A stretch of 64,000 bases of DNA, taken from contig OZ223264.1 of NCBI GenBank assembly GCA_965140585.1, positions 800,001 to 864,000 on the forward strand, written 5' to 3'. The position numbers and the translations under genes were made by a program. Positions 1-11,767 of this stretch are shown piece by piece (position 1 is the first letter of the stretch; each line of letters starts with the position of its first letter). Below the pieces are notes generated by a model. The model did no database searches, was not told the DNA's origin, and saw only the letters and a list, made by a program, of their open reading frames with translations. The DNA is from Spirochaetia bacterium. Lineage in GTDB: Bacteria; Spirochaetota; Spirochaetia; UBA9216.

Positions 1-402
1 AGTGATCGAGGATCAGCTTCAGATAAACTTCTGCCCAGGATGACTCTGCAGCCCTTTGTTGAAAATTGCTTCAAACACGGAATGTACGGTCTGGACCGGG
101 CTATAGAAATCTCAGTTTTTGGAAGACAAACTGATGACGGTTGGGAGATTTTTATCCGTGATAATGGAACGGGAATAGATGAAGACGAACTGAAGAGGAT
201 AAAAGATGAGATATATCATTTTAATAACAGCAGCAACTGGCTTAATGATAACGTATATCTGAAATCAAGCAAGCTGGGTGTTTTAAATACTTTTATGAGA
301 TTAAAACTGCTGTATGATGAACAGCTTGTTTTTGATATTCATAATATTGCCGGCTCCGGAAGCGAAATTAGAATCCGTGTAAAAGAGATTCAGGAAGGAT
401 AA
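1..402 (+). CDS. Sensor histidine kinase, YesM/LytS family, C-terminal part (5' truncated by window edge)
   Basis: Frame is open from base 1. Motifs LQPFVENCFKHG (N box) and IRDNGTG (G1 box). Directly upstream of an AraC-type response regulator. Confidence 0.85.
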   Translation, partial: SDRGSASDKLLPRMTLQPFVENCFKHGMYGLDRAIEISVFGRQTDDGWEIFIRDNGTGIDEDELKRIKDEIYHFNNSSNWLNDNVYLKSSKLGVLNTFMRLKLLYDEQLVFDIHNIAGSGSEIRIRVKEIQEG

Positions 403-404
403 GA

Positions 405-1910
405 ATGCCTAGAATTATGCTTGTCGATGATGAACCGATTTTTATTAATGATCTGAGGGATACTATCCGGAGTATAGGTCCAGAGTATGAAGTAGTATAT
501 GAAGCTTTTGATGGAAGTGATGCACTTAAGAATATTGGAAAGTTTAATCCTGACATTATCTTTACCGATATAAAAATGCCGGGTATTGACGGAATTACCC
601 TGATTAAAGAAATAAAAAAAATTTATAAGCATATTATTTTAATAGTCCTCAGCGGTTATCAGGATTTTAATCTTGTGCGTGACGCTTTAAGAGCAAATGC
701 AGATGACTATCTTTTAAAGCCTGTCGAAAAGAATCTGCTGCACACTGTTTTATTGCGGGCCTCAAGTCACATTCAATTTTTAAAAAAAAATTATCAGACA
801 GGTCTGTTAAAGTGCATAATGAAGAATATAATTCCCCGGGACAGTGACCTGTTAAATTATTTCAGTACTTATTCTCAGTACTGCTGCTGTCTGATTTATC
901 CCGCAGTATCGGTGAATGACAGAAATCTAACCGAGATTGAAAAATCACTCGGTGATAACGAAACCTGCTGGATTTTTGATCAGTACTTCAATGAGTGCAC
1001 TTTAATTATATTCGGAATAATAAACAGAATATCCGATGAATCAAGAGTTATCGGTGAAAAGATATTAAAGAGTAAAATGCCTGCAGGTGTTGTCGTCGTC
1101 AGTCAGCGATTCAGTGATATCAGAAGACTGGAGCAGGTAGTGAATAAAATAAAAACTGAAAAAGATTCCTACCAGGTTCTTGGGCAATCGTGTACAGTTG
1201 TCAGCGATAAGGAATCTCTTTCGGATAATACTGAGATATACAATCAGCTGCAGAACAGATTCAAGCTGAAACTGCAGAATGCGCTTTTGACGCATCATTG
1301 GTATGATTTCTCCGAATTAATTAAAAAAACTTTTGAATACTGTCAAACTGAAAAAATTTCAGCTTTGCTTATAAAGAAATTTCTTTTCAGAATCACTATA
1401 TCGGTTGAGAAGAATTACTCAATTCTTCCTCAATTTACAGAACTGAATATTGAAAACCATATTGAAAAAATAGTGGATGAATCAGAGGATTACCAGGTGT
1501 TAACAAAGGAATACCTGAATTTTTTATGTGAAATCTTTTCGATCAACTATGGTAATATTTCCTCCAGTGACCAGGAATTGATGCTTCTTATTGAATCCTA
1601 TTTAAAAGAGAACATAACTTCCAAAATTAGTGTTGAAGATATCTGCAGGCATTTTTATATATCCCAGACTAAAATGAACCGGATTTTTAAAAAATACTGC
1701 CGTACATCTTTTATTGATTATCTCACGCAGATGAAGATGGAGGAAGCAAAAGTTCTGCTGCGGGATCAACCGGATATGCCTATTGCGCAGATTGCGTATA
1801 CCCTGGGATTCAGCGATAATCTGTATTTCAGTAAGGTGTTTCGTAAAATAACTGAATATTCACCGTCTGAATTCAGAAAACAATATTCAGCTGTTTATTC
1901 AGATAGTTAA
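405..1910 (+). CDS. Response regulator with receiver and AraC HTH domains (YesN-like)
   Basis: N-terminal LVDDE...TDIKMPGIDG...YLLKP receiver. C-terminal AraC motif IAYTLGFSDNLYFSKVFRKITEYSPSEFR. Confidence 0.92.
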   Translation: MPRIMLVDDEPIFINDLRDTIRSIGPEYEVVYEAFDGSDALKNIGKFNPDIIFTDIKMPGIDGITLIKEIKKIYKHIILIVLSGYQDFNLVRDALRANADDYLLKPVEKNLLHTVLLRASSHIQFLKKNYQTGLLKCIMKNIIPRDSDLLNYFSTYSQYCCCLIYPAVSVNDRNLTEIEKSLGDNETCWIFDQYFNECTLIIFGIINRISDESRVIGEKILKSKMPAGVVVVSQRFSDIRRLEQVVNKIKTEKDSYQVLGQSCTVVSDKESLSDNTEIYNQLQNRFKLKLQNALLTHHWYDFSELIKKTFEYCQTEKISALLIKKFLFRITISVEKNYSILPQFTELNIENHIEKIVDESEDYQVLTKEYLNFLCEIFSINYGNISSSDQELMLLIESYLKENITSKISVEDICRHFYISQTKMNRIFKKYCRTSFIDYLTQMKMEEAKVLLRDQPDMPIAQIAYTLGFSDNLYFSKVFRKITEYSPSEFRKQYSAVYSDS

Positions 1911-3056
1911 CAAACTCTTCTGGGGTGTTCTGCCGGATATTATCAGCATTCCGCCGTTTATATAGGCATCAATCTCGGTTCGCATGCCGAATTCCGGCAG
2001 ATAGAGTCCCGGTTCAATAGAAAAGCATGAGCCTTCAAGCAGAAACCGTTTATCTGGAAATTCGACCGAGTCGAGTCCTGTTCCGTTTCCGTGAAGTTCG
2101 GTATCTATACCGTGGCCGGTACGGTGCTTTATGTATTTTTCATATCCGTGTTCAATCAATACTCTTCTTGCCGCCTCATCTGCTTCTGCTCCGGTGATAG
2201 GTTTTCCTCCAGCAAGTCCCGCTGATATGATTTCAGCGCAGCGGTCACGGGCTTCTGTCACTGTTGAGAACAGCTTATCAGCATCTCCGGGGATATTTTT
2301 CCCGGTGAAACCAACCCAGGATATGTCAGCAAACACTGAATCAGGTTTCCTGAGTTTAGCCCACAGATCAAGCTGCAGGACTGAATCCTTTAATATGAGG
2401 CCTTCGTTGTCTTCTGCCGCATAATGCGGATTTCCTGAAGCTTTGCCGCATGCCACAACCGGGAGATGTTCGGTTTCAAGGTTTCTAAGATTAAATTCAT
2501 CAAGAATCCACTGCTGAACATCACGTTCATACAGTTTTTTTCCGGGAGCAGTCAAAGCTTTCGACAGACGGGCCCAGACCTGTTCAACGATGTCGTAGAG
2601 ATGGTCTGCAGCCTCTTCATGCATCTGAATCTGGTCTTTATCAATAAGCCCGCAGAAACGCTGAATCAGGGCAGCTGACGACGCAAGCTTTATCCCGGCA
2701 GACTGAATTGTCAGTGCCGTACCGTAATCGAGACATGAGAGTGCGCTGAGTTCTTCTGAGTATTGGGCTCCCCATTGTCCGCTGAACCGACCCAGACTAC
2801 TGATAAGCTTCTGGCGGTTCATATACATTACCGTCTCTCCGGGTAGTTTTTTTAACTGATCGGGTTCAACTTCATGAAGGATTTTTACCGGGACTCCCAC
2901 GGCCGGCACCAGATAGTACCATGCCCTTGTATTCATTGTTTCCGGATTTATCCCGAGTATTCGGTCTGCAACGGGATCTCTGTGTCTGAAGTTAAAAAAA
3001 AGCCATCCGTCGAGGTTTTCCCCCGCGATGGCTTTCTGCATTTTTATCAAATCCAT
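1899..3056 (-). CDS. M24 family metallopeptidase (Xaa-Pro aminopeptidase-like)
   Basis: Pita-bread metal ligand motifs LQLDLW, ADISW, HRTGHGI, FSIEPGLY, MRTEID. Confidence 0.9.
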   Translation of the reverse strand: MDLIKMQKAIAGENLDGWLFFNFRHRDPVADRILGINPETMNTRAWYYLVPAVGVPVKILHEVEPDQLKKLPGETVMYMNRQKLISSLGRFSGQWGAQYSEELSALSCLDYGTALTIQSAGIKLASSAALIQRFCGLIDKDQIQMHEEAADHLYDIVEQVWARLSKALTAPGKKLYERDVQQWILDEFNLRNLETEHLPVVACGKASGNPHYAAEDNEGLILKDSVLQLDLWAKLRKPDSVFADISWVGFTGKNIPGDADKLFSTVTEARDRCAEIISAGLAGGKPITGAEADEAARRVLIEHGYEKYIKHRTGHGIDTELHGNGTGLDSVEFPDKRFLLEGSCFSIEPGLYLPEFGMRTEIDAYINGGMLIISGRTPQKSLLTI

Positions 3057-3070
3057 ATTATCTGCTGCTG

Positions 3071-3472
3071 TCAGAACTTAAGTTCGATTGATTCAACTCC
3101 TTCAAACTTACCTGAAATATCATCGGTTGAATCTACATCTCCCCAAGTCAGATCCGTTCTGTCGGACTTCAAATAGAGTCTGATATGGTCGAAAGCTCCG
3201 TCTTTCCAGAAGATTGAAAAATACGGATAGGATTCTGATTTACCATATACAACTTCAGCCTTTGCTGCAGCGCCTCCGAACCAGTCAATAGGAACATAGA
3301 TTGCTGAATATTTCATCGAACTGTTCATATAAACGAGTCTGTAACCCTGTTCAACTGAATAAACCTTAACGATGGGTACACTTTTTACATAATATGGAGA
3401 TTCCGCGGCTTCAGCGAAAACTGCTGTTGAAACACACAGAAGTATAAGGATCACGAGTATGGTTTTTTTCAA
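3071..3472 (-). CDS. Exported hypothetical protein
   Basis: AAGGAGG RBS, TTG start, signal peptide MKKTILVILILLCVSTAVFA. Confidence 0.75.
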   Translation of the reverse strand: MKKTILVILILLCVSTAVFAEAAESPYYVKSVPIVKVYSVEQGYRLVYMNSSMKYSAIYVPIDWFGGAAAKAEVVYGKSESYPYFSIFWKDGAFDHIRLYLKSDRTDLTWGDVDSTDDISGKFEGVESIELKF

Positions 3473-3628
3473 AGCTCTGCCTCCTTGAGTTCTATAACCA
3501 ATTATATAGTCTTTGATAACGGTAAATCAAGTACAAAATTATTATTTGAAACAGGGCTGGTGCTTGATCAAAAACACTTATTGTAAGAAAATACTTACGA
3601 TAAGATATAGCGAAAGAGAGGTGTTTAC

Positions 3629-4627
3629 TTGCCCAGTACTATAGATTTGAGGGATTTTAACAAAATTAAGCTGCTTGAAGCGCTTAAGGCAAAAGATTTT
3701 GGAACGAAAAATACTCTTTCAAGGGAAACCGGTTTAAGTGTCGCAACATGCGGAAATCTTCTTGCAGAACTTATCAGGTCCGGAATGGCTGTTGAAGTTG
3801 ATGCGGCCGATTCAACCGGAGGAAGACCTTCCAGACGATTCATATTTAACAGGGAACATGCGTATATCCTGACTATCTTCCCGAGGACAGAGGCTGATGT
3901 ACTGACGCTGAATTATGCGGTTGCGGATATGCTTGGGGAGGTCGTAGAAGAAGGGAGTAGGCAGTACGAGAGGATTGGAATTTCCGAACTTGAAGAACTG
4001 GCAGATTCGATGCTAGGGCATTATCCTGATGTTTCGGTTATTTCTATCGGAATACCGGGAGTTATTTGGAGAGGCAGAATAGGAAACTGTGATTTCAGTG
4101 ATTTTGAAGATGTTAATCTGGGAGAATATCTTAATTCGAAGTATTCATTAGACACCGTTATCGAGAATGATGTGAATGCCGCGGCTTTCGGATACTATCG
4201 TCAAAACTGTGGCGGAGCAGCATCGTCACTTGCTTATCTCTATTACCCTGACGGGCATAACCCCGGCGCCGGTATTGTTATAGGCGGAAAGGTCCATCGC
4301 GGAGCGAGTAATTTTGCAGGCGAGATTGGATGGCTGCCATGGTCCGGAATGGACCTTATCGCAGATAAAATTGCAGAGGCTGTGGTTTCTGTCAACTGTG
4401 TGATAAACCCTGAGCAGGTAATAATTTCAGGTATATTCCTTAATGATGAGATAATAGAAAATATAAGGAAATCTGCCGCTTCGGTCATTCCTGCCGGGCA
4501 TCTTCCTTTAATAATTTTTGAAAAGGATTTCAGGACAAGTTATTCTGGAGGCTTGATTTTTGCCGGGCTTGAAAAATATTCGGAGAGTCTTAGGTCGGAT
4601 AATGCTCTCCTACAGGAGAGCATATGA
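3629..4627 (+). CDS. ROK family transcriptional regulator
   Basis: N-terminal HTH (LSRETGLSVAT, STGGRP). ROK motifs IENDVNAAA and GASNFAGEIG. Confidence 0.9.
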   Translation: MPSTIDLRDFNKIKLLEALKAKDFGTKNTLSRETGLSVATCGNLLAELIRSGMAVEVDAADSTGGRPSRRFIFNREHAYILTIFPRTEADVLTLNYAVADMLGEVVEEGSRQYERIGISELEELADSMLGHYPDVSVISIGIPGVIWRGRIGNCDFSDFEDVNLGEYLNSKYSLDTVIENDVNAAAFGYYRQNCGGAASSLAYLYYPDGHNPGAGIVIGGKVHRGASNFAGEIGWLPWSGMDLIADKIAEAVVSVNCVINPEQVIISGIFLNDEIIENIRKSAASVIPAGHLPLIIFEKDFRTSYSGGLIFAGLEKYSESLRSDNALLQESI

Positions 4628-5835
4628 TTACAATACTACTTCTAATTCTCATTTATTTTGCTTTTATCAGTCTGGGCCTGCCTGATTCTCTTTTCGGTGT
4701 TTCCTGGCCTCAGATGCGCATAGACTGGGCACTTCCGCTTGATTATGCCGGGTTTGTATCGGTTTTTATTGTTGTTGCCACGGTTGTGTCGAGCCTGCTG
4801 AGCGGAGTGATAATTAAAAAACTGGGCACCGGCAAGGTTACATTTTTAAGCTGCCTGATGACCGGGCTTTCAATTCTGGGAATATCCTTTGTTCCTTCAT
4901 ACTTCTGGCTTGTGCTTCTGTCGGTGACTCTCGGTTTCGGAGCAGGCTCTGTTGATACAGCACTCAATAACTATGTTGCTCTTCATTTCAAGGCCCATCA
5001 TATGAACTGGCTTCATTCATTCTGGGGTGTTGGCGCCACTGTCGGCCCGCTGTTTATTTCAAATGCTTTTGCACATGACCTTTCATGGAGAGTCGGCTAC
5101 AGGCAGGTTGGATCTATTCAGTTGTTTCTGGCGTTTCTGTTATTTATAAGCCTGCCTCTGTGGCGTATGCATGCCCGGAAGCCCTCTGAAGCTATTCCGG
5201 TAGCCCCTGACAGCGCAGCGGAGGGTAAGGTTTCTGATGAGGCCCGTTCTTTAAAGCCTTTTCAGATGCTCTCAATTCGCGGTGTTCCATTCGCTCTGCT
5301 CACATTTGTCTTCTACTGCGCAGCAGAAGTCAGTGCCGGATTGTGGGGCAGCAGCTACCTTGTAGGAGTGAGAGGTCTTCCTGTTGAGAAGGCTGCACTT
5401 TTTGTTTCAATGTACTACAGCGGAATAATGGCGGGGAGGTTCCTTTCCGGATTTGTATCTCTTCGCGTGAGCAGTATTACGATGATAAGAGCCGGAGTTT
5501 TTATTTCAGCGGCTGCGGGTGCTTTGATTGCCCTGCCTCTGCCTTCCGGTCTGGTTATAGCACCGCTTTTTCTCTTCGGACTGGGGATGGCTCCGATATT
5601 TCCTTCAATGATTCATGAAACTCCGTCCAGGTTTGGTAAGCAGAATTCCCAGTACATCATAGGTTTTCAGATGGCCTCGGCATATGCCGGCTGTGCTGTC
5701 TTTCCGCCGCTTTTCGGGATCCTTCTCAAGAATGTATCCATGGGGCTGTATCCGTTTATGCTGGCAGGCTGTATGCTCTTAACAGCGTTCTGTTCAGAGG
5801 CTGTTAGAAGGCTGACAGGAAAGAAGGAAGCATAG
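4624..5835 (+). CDS. MFS transporter (FucP-like sugar permease)
   Basis: About 12 hydrophobic segments; motifs ISLGLPDSLFG and MNWLHSFWGVGATVGP. ATGA overlap with the ROK gene. Confidence 0.88.
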   Translation: MITILLLILIYFAFISLGLPDSLFGVSWPQMRIDWALPLDYAGFVSVFIVVATVVSSLLSGVIIKKLGTGKVTFLSCLMTGLSILGISFVPSYFWLVLLSVTLGFGAGSVDTALNNYVALHFKAHHMNWLHSFWGVGATVGPLFISNAFAHDLSWRVGYRQVGSIQLFLAFLLFISLPLWRMHARKPSEAIPVAPDSAAEGKVSDEARSLKPFQMLSIRGVPFALLTFVFYCAAEVSAGLWGSSYLVGVRGLPVEKAALFVSMYYSGIMAGRFLSGFVSLRVSSITMIRAGVFISAAAGALIALPLPSGLVIAPLFLFGLGMAPIFPSMIHETPSRFGKQNSQYIIGFQMASAYAGCAVFPPLFGILLKNVSMGLYPFMLAGCMLLTAFCSEAVRRLTGKKEA

Positions 5836-5847
5836 GTTCCAGTGAAA

Positions 5848-5875
5848 AGCCATCCGTAATCGTACTCGGACGGCT
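5848..5875. terminator. Hairpin between convergent MFS and lon genes
   Basis: Imperfect inverted repeat AGCCATCCG-N10-CGGACGGCT. Confidence 0.4.
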
Positions 5876-5892
5876 GTAACTTATTTCAGATA

Positions 5893-8238
5893 TTATTCCC
5901 CGAAAAGTATCGGGTAGGCTTCTTCTGCTGTCTTTACGTAGTGAAAGGTCAGGGCAGATGTTACTTCGTTCGGCAGTTCGTCGGTATCCTTGCGGTTTCC
6001 TTCGGGGATAATGACGTCAGTCATCTTGTTCCGGTAGGCTGCAAGCGATTTTTCCTTTAGTCCGCCGATCGGGAGAATCCGTCCTGTGAGGGTTATTTCT
6101 CCGGTCATCGCTATTCCCTTGTTTACAGGTTTGTCCTTCAACAGTGAAAGAAGTGCGGCAAGCAGGGTTATTCCGGCTGACGGACCGTCCTTGGGTATTG
6201 CGCCTTCCGGAACATGGATATGCATGCCCTTATCCTTAAAAAAGCCTTCATCAAGATCAAAAAGTCCGTAGTTGGCCCTTATAAAAGACAGGGCTGTTCT
6301 GGCACTCTCCTTCATGACATCGCCAAGGCTTCCGGTAAGTATAACCTCACCTTTACCGTCAATCAGCGCAGCCTCAATAGGAAGAAGGGTTCCTCCAAGT
6401 TCTGTCCATGCCAGGCCGTGGGCCAGTCCGGAACGGGTCTCGGTATAAACCAGATCGTCCTGATGAAGTTCCTTACCGAGGAACTTTTTAAGACTTTTTG
6501 AAGTAATAACGCGTTTATATTCAGAATCTAGGTTTTCACCCTTTGTAAGAGCCTCACGTGCTGTTTTTCTAAGTATTGTGGCAATCTGCCGTTCGAGGCT
6601 TCGAACACCGGATTCCATGGTGTAATTTCGTATAATCTTAAGAAGAGCGGATTTCTGGAAATCGATTGTTGTTTCGGCCAGCCCGTTTTCTTCCTTCTGC
6701 TTTGGAATTATAAAATCGGTTGCAATGGTAGTTTTTTCAAAATCTGTATAACCTGGAATCTCAATAATTTCCATCCTGTCCCGAAGCGGGTAGGGGATGT
6801 TGTGAATTGAGTTAGCAGTTGTTATAAACATTATTCCCGACAGATCGTAGGGTACTTCCATATAGTGATCGACGAATGTGCTGTTCTGTTCCGGATCGAG
6901 AACCTCAAGCAGGGCAGATGCGGGATCGCCCTTGAAATCTGAGCTCATCTTGTCTATTTCATCAAGAAGAAAAACAGGGTTTGAACTGCCGGCTTTTTTG
7001 ATTGACTGAATAATTTTGCCCGGCAGTGCTCCGACGTAAGTTTTGCGATGTCCGCGGATTTCCGCTTCGTCACGTACTCCGCCCAGCGAGATCCTTACAA
7101 ACTCACGGTTAAGAGCCCTTGCCACGGATTTACCAAGCGATGTTTTACCGGTGCCCGGAGGCCCTACAAAGCAGAGTATTGGACCCTTCATTTTTTCTTT
7201 AAGCTGCCTTACGGCTATATAGTCAAGGATTCTGTCCTTGGGTTTTTTCATGTTGTAATGATCTTCATCGAGGACTCTGGCTGCTTCGATGAGGTTTTTA
7301 TTGTCCAGGGTTTTAAGTCCCCATGGCAGATCTGAAAGCCATTCGAGGTAGGTTCTGAGAACTCCTGACTCCGGACTCATCGGCTGAAGTCTCGACAGTC
7401 TGGCGCCTTCTTTTTTGGCTTTTTCAATTACCTCGGAGGGGGCTTTTTTTGCCTCAATTTTCTCAACGAACTCGTTGATCTCCTGTCCCTCATCCTTTTC
7501 TTTACCCAGTTCCTTGTTTATTTCCTTAATCTGTTCGTTAAGAAAGTATTCACGCTGATTTTTTTCCATCTTCTGACGGACCCGGGTGGATATTTTATTC
7601 TGGAGGTTGAGCATCTCAATTTCTGCTTCAATCAGAACAGAGAGTGAGTCAAGCCTCTCGTTGGAGTCTACTATCGAAAGAATTTCAAGTTTGAATTCCT
7701 TTTTAACAGGCAGGGCTGCAAGAATAACATCAACAAGCTTGTCAGGATATTCGGCTTTTTCTGCTGCGGTAACTGAGTCTTTAGGGAAATTCTTTTTTAT
7801 GGAGGCGTATTTAGTGAATGCCTTAAGTACTGCCGCCATCGACGGAACAAGGTGCTCCGGAGTCGCAGTATGCAGTCTTATAAGGTTAACGTTTACAAAA
7901 GAAAAGTTCCGTTCATGCCTGAGTTTTCTTACAACGGCCCTCTGCTTGCCTTCTACGAGTACGCGGACAGTCCCGTCGGGCAGTTTCAGTACCTGAAGAA
8001 TCTTTGCTGTAGTTCCCGTAGGGTGAATATCGTTAATTTCGGGGTCTTCAGAGTCGTTTGACTGACATGAAATGAAAACCATCCGATCAGAAGCCATAGC
8101 TGCGTTTATTGCGTTAATGGTTGTCTGACGGCTGGTAAAAAAAGGTGTAACCATGAAAGGAAGAACCACCAGGTCCTTCAGGGCTACTAAGGGCAAGTCC
8201 TGTTTTTCGGTTTTTGATCCTGATGGTAGTATCTTCAT
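5893..8238 (-). CDS. lon: ATP-dependent protease La (Lon)
   Basis: Walker [23 protein letters not shown], catalytic [18 protein letters not shown]. Confidence 0.98.
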   Translation of the reverse strand: MKILPSGSKTEKQDLPLVALKDLVVLPFMVTPFFTSRQTTINAINAAMASDRMVFISCQSNDSEDPEINDIHPTGTTAKILQVLKLPDGTVRVLVEGKQRAVVRKLRHERNFSFVNVNLIRLHTATPEHLVPSMAAVLKAFTKYASIKKNFPKDSVTAAEKAEYPDKLVDVILAALPVKKEFKLEILSIVDSNERLDSLSVLIEAEIEMLNLQNKISTRVRQKMEKNQREYFLNEQIKEINKELGKEKDEGQEINEFVEKIEAKKAPSEVIEKAKKEGARLSRLQPMSPESGVLRTYLEWLSDLPWGLKTLDNKNLIEAARVLDEDHYNMKKPKDRILDYIAVRQLKEKMKGPILCFVGPPGTGKTSLGKSVARALNREFVRISLGGVRDEAEIRGHRKTYVGALPGKIIQSIKKAGSSNPVFLLDEIDKMSSDFKGDPASALLEVLDPEQNSTFVDHYMEVPYDLSGIMFITTANSIHNIPYPLRDRMEIIEIPGYTDFEKTTIATDFIIPKQKEENGLAETTIDFQKSALLKIIRNYTMESGVRSLERQIATILRKTAREALTKGENLDSEYKRVITSKSLKKFLGKELHQDDLVYTETRSGLAHGLAWTELGGTLLPIEAALIDGKGEVILTGSLGDVMKESARTALSFIRANYGLFDLDEGFFKDKGMHIHVPEGAIPKDGPSAGITLLAALLSLLKDKPVNKGIAMTGEITLTGRILPIGGLKEKSLAAYRNKMTDVIIPEGNRKDTDELPNEVTSALTFHYVKTAEEAYPILFGE

Positions 8239-9479
8239 GCTGATTTTTTAGAAAATATAATCTCCGGTTTCTCTCTGTTGTGCACTACGTCTGCTGTAAC
8301 GCGGACTTTCTTTTCGCCTTCGATAGAAGGAATGTCGTACATAATGTCCATCATAATGGTTTCAACTATTGCACGAAGTCCTCTGGCGCCGGTTTTCCGG
8401 TTAACTGCCAGTTCCGCGATTGCTTCTATTGCAGAATCTTCAAAATCAAGTTCAACGTCATCAAGCTCAAGAAGAGCCTTGTACTGGCGAATTATTGAGT
8501 TCTTCGGTTCTGTAATAATCTTTTTGAGACTGTCAACTTCAAGATTGGACAGAGTTACATTAATAGGAAGCCTTCCAATAAACTCCGGAATGAGTCCGAA
8601 TTTAATAAGATCGTCCGGAAGAAGGTTTTCAAAAAGTTTTACAAGATCCTTGTCGCCGCTGGGGCGCACATCGGCACCGAAACCCATCGGATGCTGGCTG
8701 ATTCTGGTTTCAATAACCTTATCAAGACCTACAAATGCACCGCCGCAGATGAAAAGGATGTTCTTTGTATCAATTTTAAGCATTTCCTGGTTGGGGTGCT
8801 TTCTTCCTCCCTGTGGAGGTACAGAAGCAGAGGTTCCTTCGATTATCTTGAGAAGAGCCTGCTGGACACCTTCACCTGAAACGTCTCTTGTTATAGATAC
8901 GTTCTCGCCTTTTCTGGAAATCTTGTCAATTTCGTCAATGTAGATGATGCCCTTTTCAGCAGCGGCAATATTATTGCCTGCATTCTGGATAAGTTTGAGA
9001 AGTATGTTTTCAACATCTTCACCAACATAGCCTGCCTCTGTCAGAGTAGTTGCATCAGCTATTGCAAAAGGTACTTTGAGCTTTTTTGCAAGAGTTTTGG
9101 CAAGCAGGGTTTTACCTGTTCCTGTAGGACCAATGAGAAGGACATTGGCTTTTTCAAGCTCAACATCCTTGTCAAGTTTAACGTTCTGGGTAATTCGTTT
9201 GTAATGATTGTACACGGCTACAGACAGAACCTTTTTGGCTGAATCCTGCCCTATGATGTATTCGTCAAGATATTCCTTGATTTCCTGCGGCTTGGGTACC
9301 TCGTCCAGGTATTCCCCTGTAAGGATGTCTTCTTCCTCTTCCAGGATCTTTTTACAGACGTATACGCAGTCGTCACAGATGAATACACCCGGTCCTGCAA
9401 TAAGACGTCTGGCTGCATCCGAGCTTTTGCCGCAGAATGAGCAGACTTTATTATTGCTGTCTGTCTTATTTCGTGCCAT
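8235..9479 (-). CDS. clpX: ATP-dependent Clp protease ATP-binding subunit ClpX
   Basis: C4 zinc finger [34 protein letters not shown]. Start placed at ATG 9479 after RBS GAGAGGTG. Confidence 0.98.
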   Translation of the reverse strand: MARNKTDSNNKVCSFCGKSSDAARRLIAGPGVFICDDCVYVCKKILEEEEDILTGEYLDEVPKPQEIKEYLDEYIIGQDSAKKVLSVAVYNHYKRITQNVKLDKDVELEKANVLLIGPTGTGKTLLAKTLAKKLKVPFAIADATTLTEAGYVGEDVENILLKLIQNAGNNIAAAEKGIIYIDEIDKISRKGENVSITRDVSGEGVQQALLKIIEGTSASVPPQGGRKHPNQEMLKIDTKNILFICGGAFVGLDKVIETRISQHPMGFGADVRPSGDKDLVKLFENLLPDDLIKFGLIPEFIGRLPINVTLSNLEVDSLKKIITEPKNSIIRQYKALLELDDVELDFEDSAIEAIAELAVNRKTGARGLRAIVETIMMDIMYDIPSIEGEKKVRVTADVVHNREKPEIIFSKKSA

Positions 9480-10077
9480 TTTCACCTCTCTCAAGTACTT
9501 TATCTACGATTCCGTACTCAACAGCCTCATGTGCGGACATGAAGAAATCCCGTTCGAGATCTTTTGCTATAACGGCAGCATCTTTGCCTGTATGGCTTGC
9601 AAAATAATCTATAGTCAGTTTTTTAAGTCTTACAATTTCCTTGGCCTGGATACCAATATCGGTGGCCTGACCCTGAACACCGCCCCAGGGCTGGTGAATC
9701 AGTACTCTTGAAGAGGGGAGGGAAAATCTTTTTCCCGGGCTTCCGCATGTAAGCAGCAGTGCTCCCATGGAAGCTGCCTGCCCAAGACAAATTGTCTGTA
9801 CATCTGTTTTTATGTGCTGAATTGTATCGTAGATAGCCAGTCCCGCGGTTACTGAGCCGCCGGGACTGTTGATATAGATGCTTATATCCCTTTCAGGATC
9901 CTGTGATTCAAGGAAAAGAAGCTGAGCTACCACTAAGTCGGCAGTCAGGTCATTGATTTCTCCATCAATGAAGATAATTCGGTCTTTCAGCAGACGTGAA
10001 TAAATGTCGTAGGATCTTTCTCCTACTCCTGTCTGTTCAATTACGACAGGGACAAGGCTGTTCATTTGTTCGTTCAT
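9466..10077 (-). CDS. clpP: ATP-dependent Clp protease proteolytic subunit
   Basis: [40 protein letters not shown]. Confidence 0.98.
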   Translation of the reverse strand: MNEQMNSLVPVVIEQTGVGERSYDIYSRLLKDRIIFIDGEINDLTADLVVAQLLFLESQDPERDISIYINSPGGSVTAGLAIYDTIQHIKTDVQTICLGQAASMGALLLTCGSPGKRFSLPSSRVLIHQPWGGVQGQATDIGIQAKEIVRLKKLTIDYFASHTGKDAAVIAKDLERDFFMSAHEAVEYGIVDKVLERGENGTK

Positions 10078-10086
10078 GCTGTTAAT

Positions 10087-11454
10087 TTACTCCTTATTCT
10101 GCATCAAGTCCAGATAATCTTTTTTTGCTCCTTTCTTGATCTCGGCACTCTTAAGCAGTAAATCAAAGAGTTTATTTCCTTTCATCTCATCCTTAAGATA
10201 AGAGGTCATTCCGTTCTGGTCGAAGTAGTTCTTTGTGTCTTCGAAGCTCATGCCGGCAGTTTCTCCCTGCTTCTTGATTTCTTCGTCGACTTCTTCATCG
10301 CTTACTTCTATTTTTTCTTCTTCTACCAGTTTGTCAGATATGAGGTATGTTTTAACATTCTTTTCTGCAGAGGGTCTCCATTCATCACGCATGTCTTCCT
10401 TGGTTTTTCCCTGCATTTCAAGAATCTGCACAATCTGCTCTTCAGGCATTCTTGACTGTGCAACAAAATGCTGCCATGCCTGGTCAATTTCAGCATCAAG
10501 CATTGATTTGGGAACATCAACCTTGGAATCTTCAAGAATAAGATCGATAAGCTTCTGCTTGTTAATCTCTTCAATTTTCTTGTCTGCATTTTCCTGAAGT
10601 TTTTTCTTTGTAGCTTTTTTAAGGTCATCGAGTGTTTTGTATTCATCACTGATGTCCTGTGCAAGTTCATCATCAAGATCCGGAAGGTCTTTTACTTTTA
10701 CAGTAACAAGTTTGATTTTAATCTTCTTCTTTGTGCCGGCCAGGTCCTTGTAGTCGTAGTCTTCAGGGAAATCCTTTTCTACAACCTTTTCCTCGCCTGT
10801 AGTCATTCCGGTTACGTCGTCATCAAGTTTGTAAAGATTATATCCGGTGCCGATTGTAAATACGAAATCTTCTCTTTTAGTATCTTCAATATCGTTTCCG
10901 TCTTCATCTACTTCGCAGTAATTTACGGTTACAATATCGTCTTTTTCGGCCTTGCTGCCTTCTGCCTTCTCAACAACAACTGAATTCTGTTCTCTGAGGG
11001 TTTCAAGCTCCGCATCGATATCTTTCTTCAGAACTGAGCATACGGGAGATTCAATCTCAAGGCCCTTGTATTTACCGACTGTAACTTCAGGCATAGTGTC
11101 GTATACAACTGCGAAAGTGAAGTCCTTATCAAGTTCGATGAGGAGTTCTTCGTTTTCATCTTCCTGAAGAACCGGTGTAGCATAGGGAAGAGGTTTCTTT
11201 TCAACATCTTCGTAGGCTTCCTTCAGAGCGTTCTCCATAAGGTTCATCGTAGCTTCACCTTTAATGGAATCTCCGAATTTCTGTTCAAGAACACTTGCGG
11301 GAGCTTTTCCCTTTCTGAACCCCTTGATATGTGCTGATTTGGTGTATTTTTTCAGCAGTTCGTCATATTCCTTTTTAACTGCATCTTTGGAAACTGTGAC
11401 TGTCAGTTTAACTTGTGAGTTCTCAAGTGTTTCCAGGTTTTTACTTACGATCAT
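10087..11454 (-). CDS. tig: Trigger factor
   Basis: Ribosome-binding signature GFRKGKAP, FKBP-type middle domain, canonical tig-clpP-clpX-lon order. Confidence 0.96.
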   Translation of the reverse strand: MIVSKNLETLENSQVKLTVTVSKDAVKKEYDELLKKYTKSAHIKGFRKGKAPASVLEQKFGDSIKGEATMNLMENALKEAYEDVEKKPLPYATPVLQEDENEELLIELDKDFTFAVVYDTMPEVTVGKYKGLEIESPVCSVLKKDIDAELETLREQNSVVVEKAEGSKAEKDDIVTVNYCEVDEDGNDIEDTKREDFVFTIGTGYNLYKLDDDVTGMTTGEEKVVEKDFPEDYDYKDLAGTKKKIKIKLVTVKVKDLPDLDDELAQDISDEYKTLDDLKKATKKKLQENADKKIEEINKQKLIDLILEDSKVDVPKSMLDAEIDQAWQHFVAQSRMPEEQIVQILEMQGKTKEDMRDEWRPSAEKNVKTYLISDKLVEEEKIEVSDEEVDEEIKKQGETAGMSFEDTKNYFDQNGMTSYLKDEMKGNKLFDLLLKSAEIKKGAKKDYLDLMQNKE

Positions 11455-11516
11455 CTGCGTCCTCGCTGTTTTCCGTTATGTTTATACGGTGAATAATTAT
11501 GTTTCTAGAGAAACTG

Positions 11517-11556
11517 AAAAAAAAAGGCGACCTAGGGAAATGCCCTCGATCGCCTT
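11517..11556 (-). terminator. Rho-independent terminator downstream of tRNA-Gly
   Basis: AAGGCGA..AGGG/CCCT..TCGCCTT stem followed on the minus strand by a T9 tract. Confidence 0.75.
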
Positions 11557-11563
11557 ACTGTAG

Positions 11564-11635
11564 AGCGGGAGACGGGAATTGAACCCGCGACATCCACCTT
11601 GGCAAGGTGGAGCTCTACCGCTGAGCTACTCCCGC
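11564..11635 (-). tRNA. tRNA-Gly(GCC)
   Basis: Reverse complement GCGGGAGTAGCTCAGCGGTAGAGC-TCCACC-TTGCCAA-GGTGG...GGTTCAATTCCCGTCTCCCGCT folds as a cloverleaf. Confidence 0.97.
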
Positions 11636-11686
11636 TTGATGTTCTGAAACTAAGTACCCATGGGCACATCTTTAAAAAAAAAGATA

Positions 11687-11767
11687 TACGAGAGAAGGGA
11701 CTTGAACCCTTACGCCAAAGGCACCAGATCCTAAGTCTGGCGTGTCTGCCAATTTCACCACTCTCGC
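11687..11767 (-). tRNA. tRNA-Leu(TAG)
   Basis: GCGAGAGTGGTGAAATTGGCAGACACG-CCAGA-CTTAGGA-TCTGG, long variable arm, GGTTCAAGTCC. Confidence 0.97.

Noticed and set aside
8278-8943. Long antisense ORFs (e.g. 8278-8943, 47107-47718, 9208-9711)
   Set aside because: Shadow frames opposite well-conserved genes, with no recognisable motifs.
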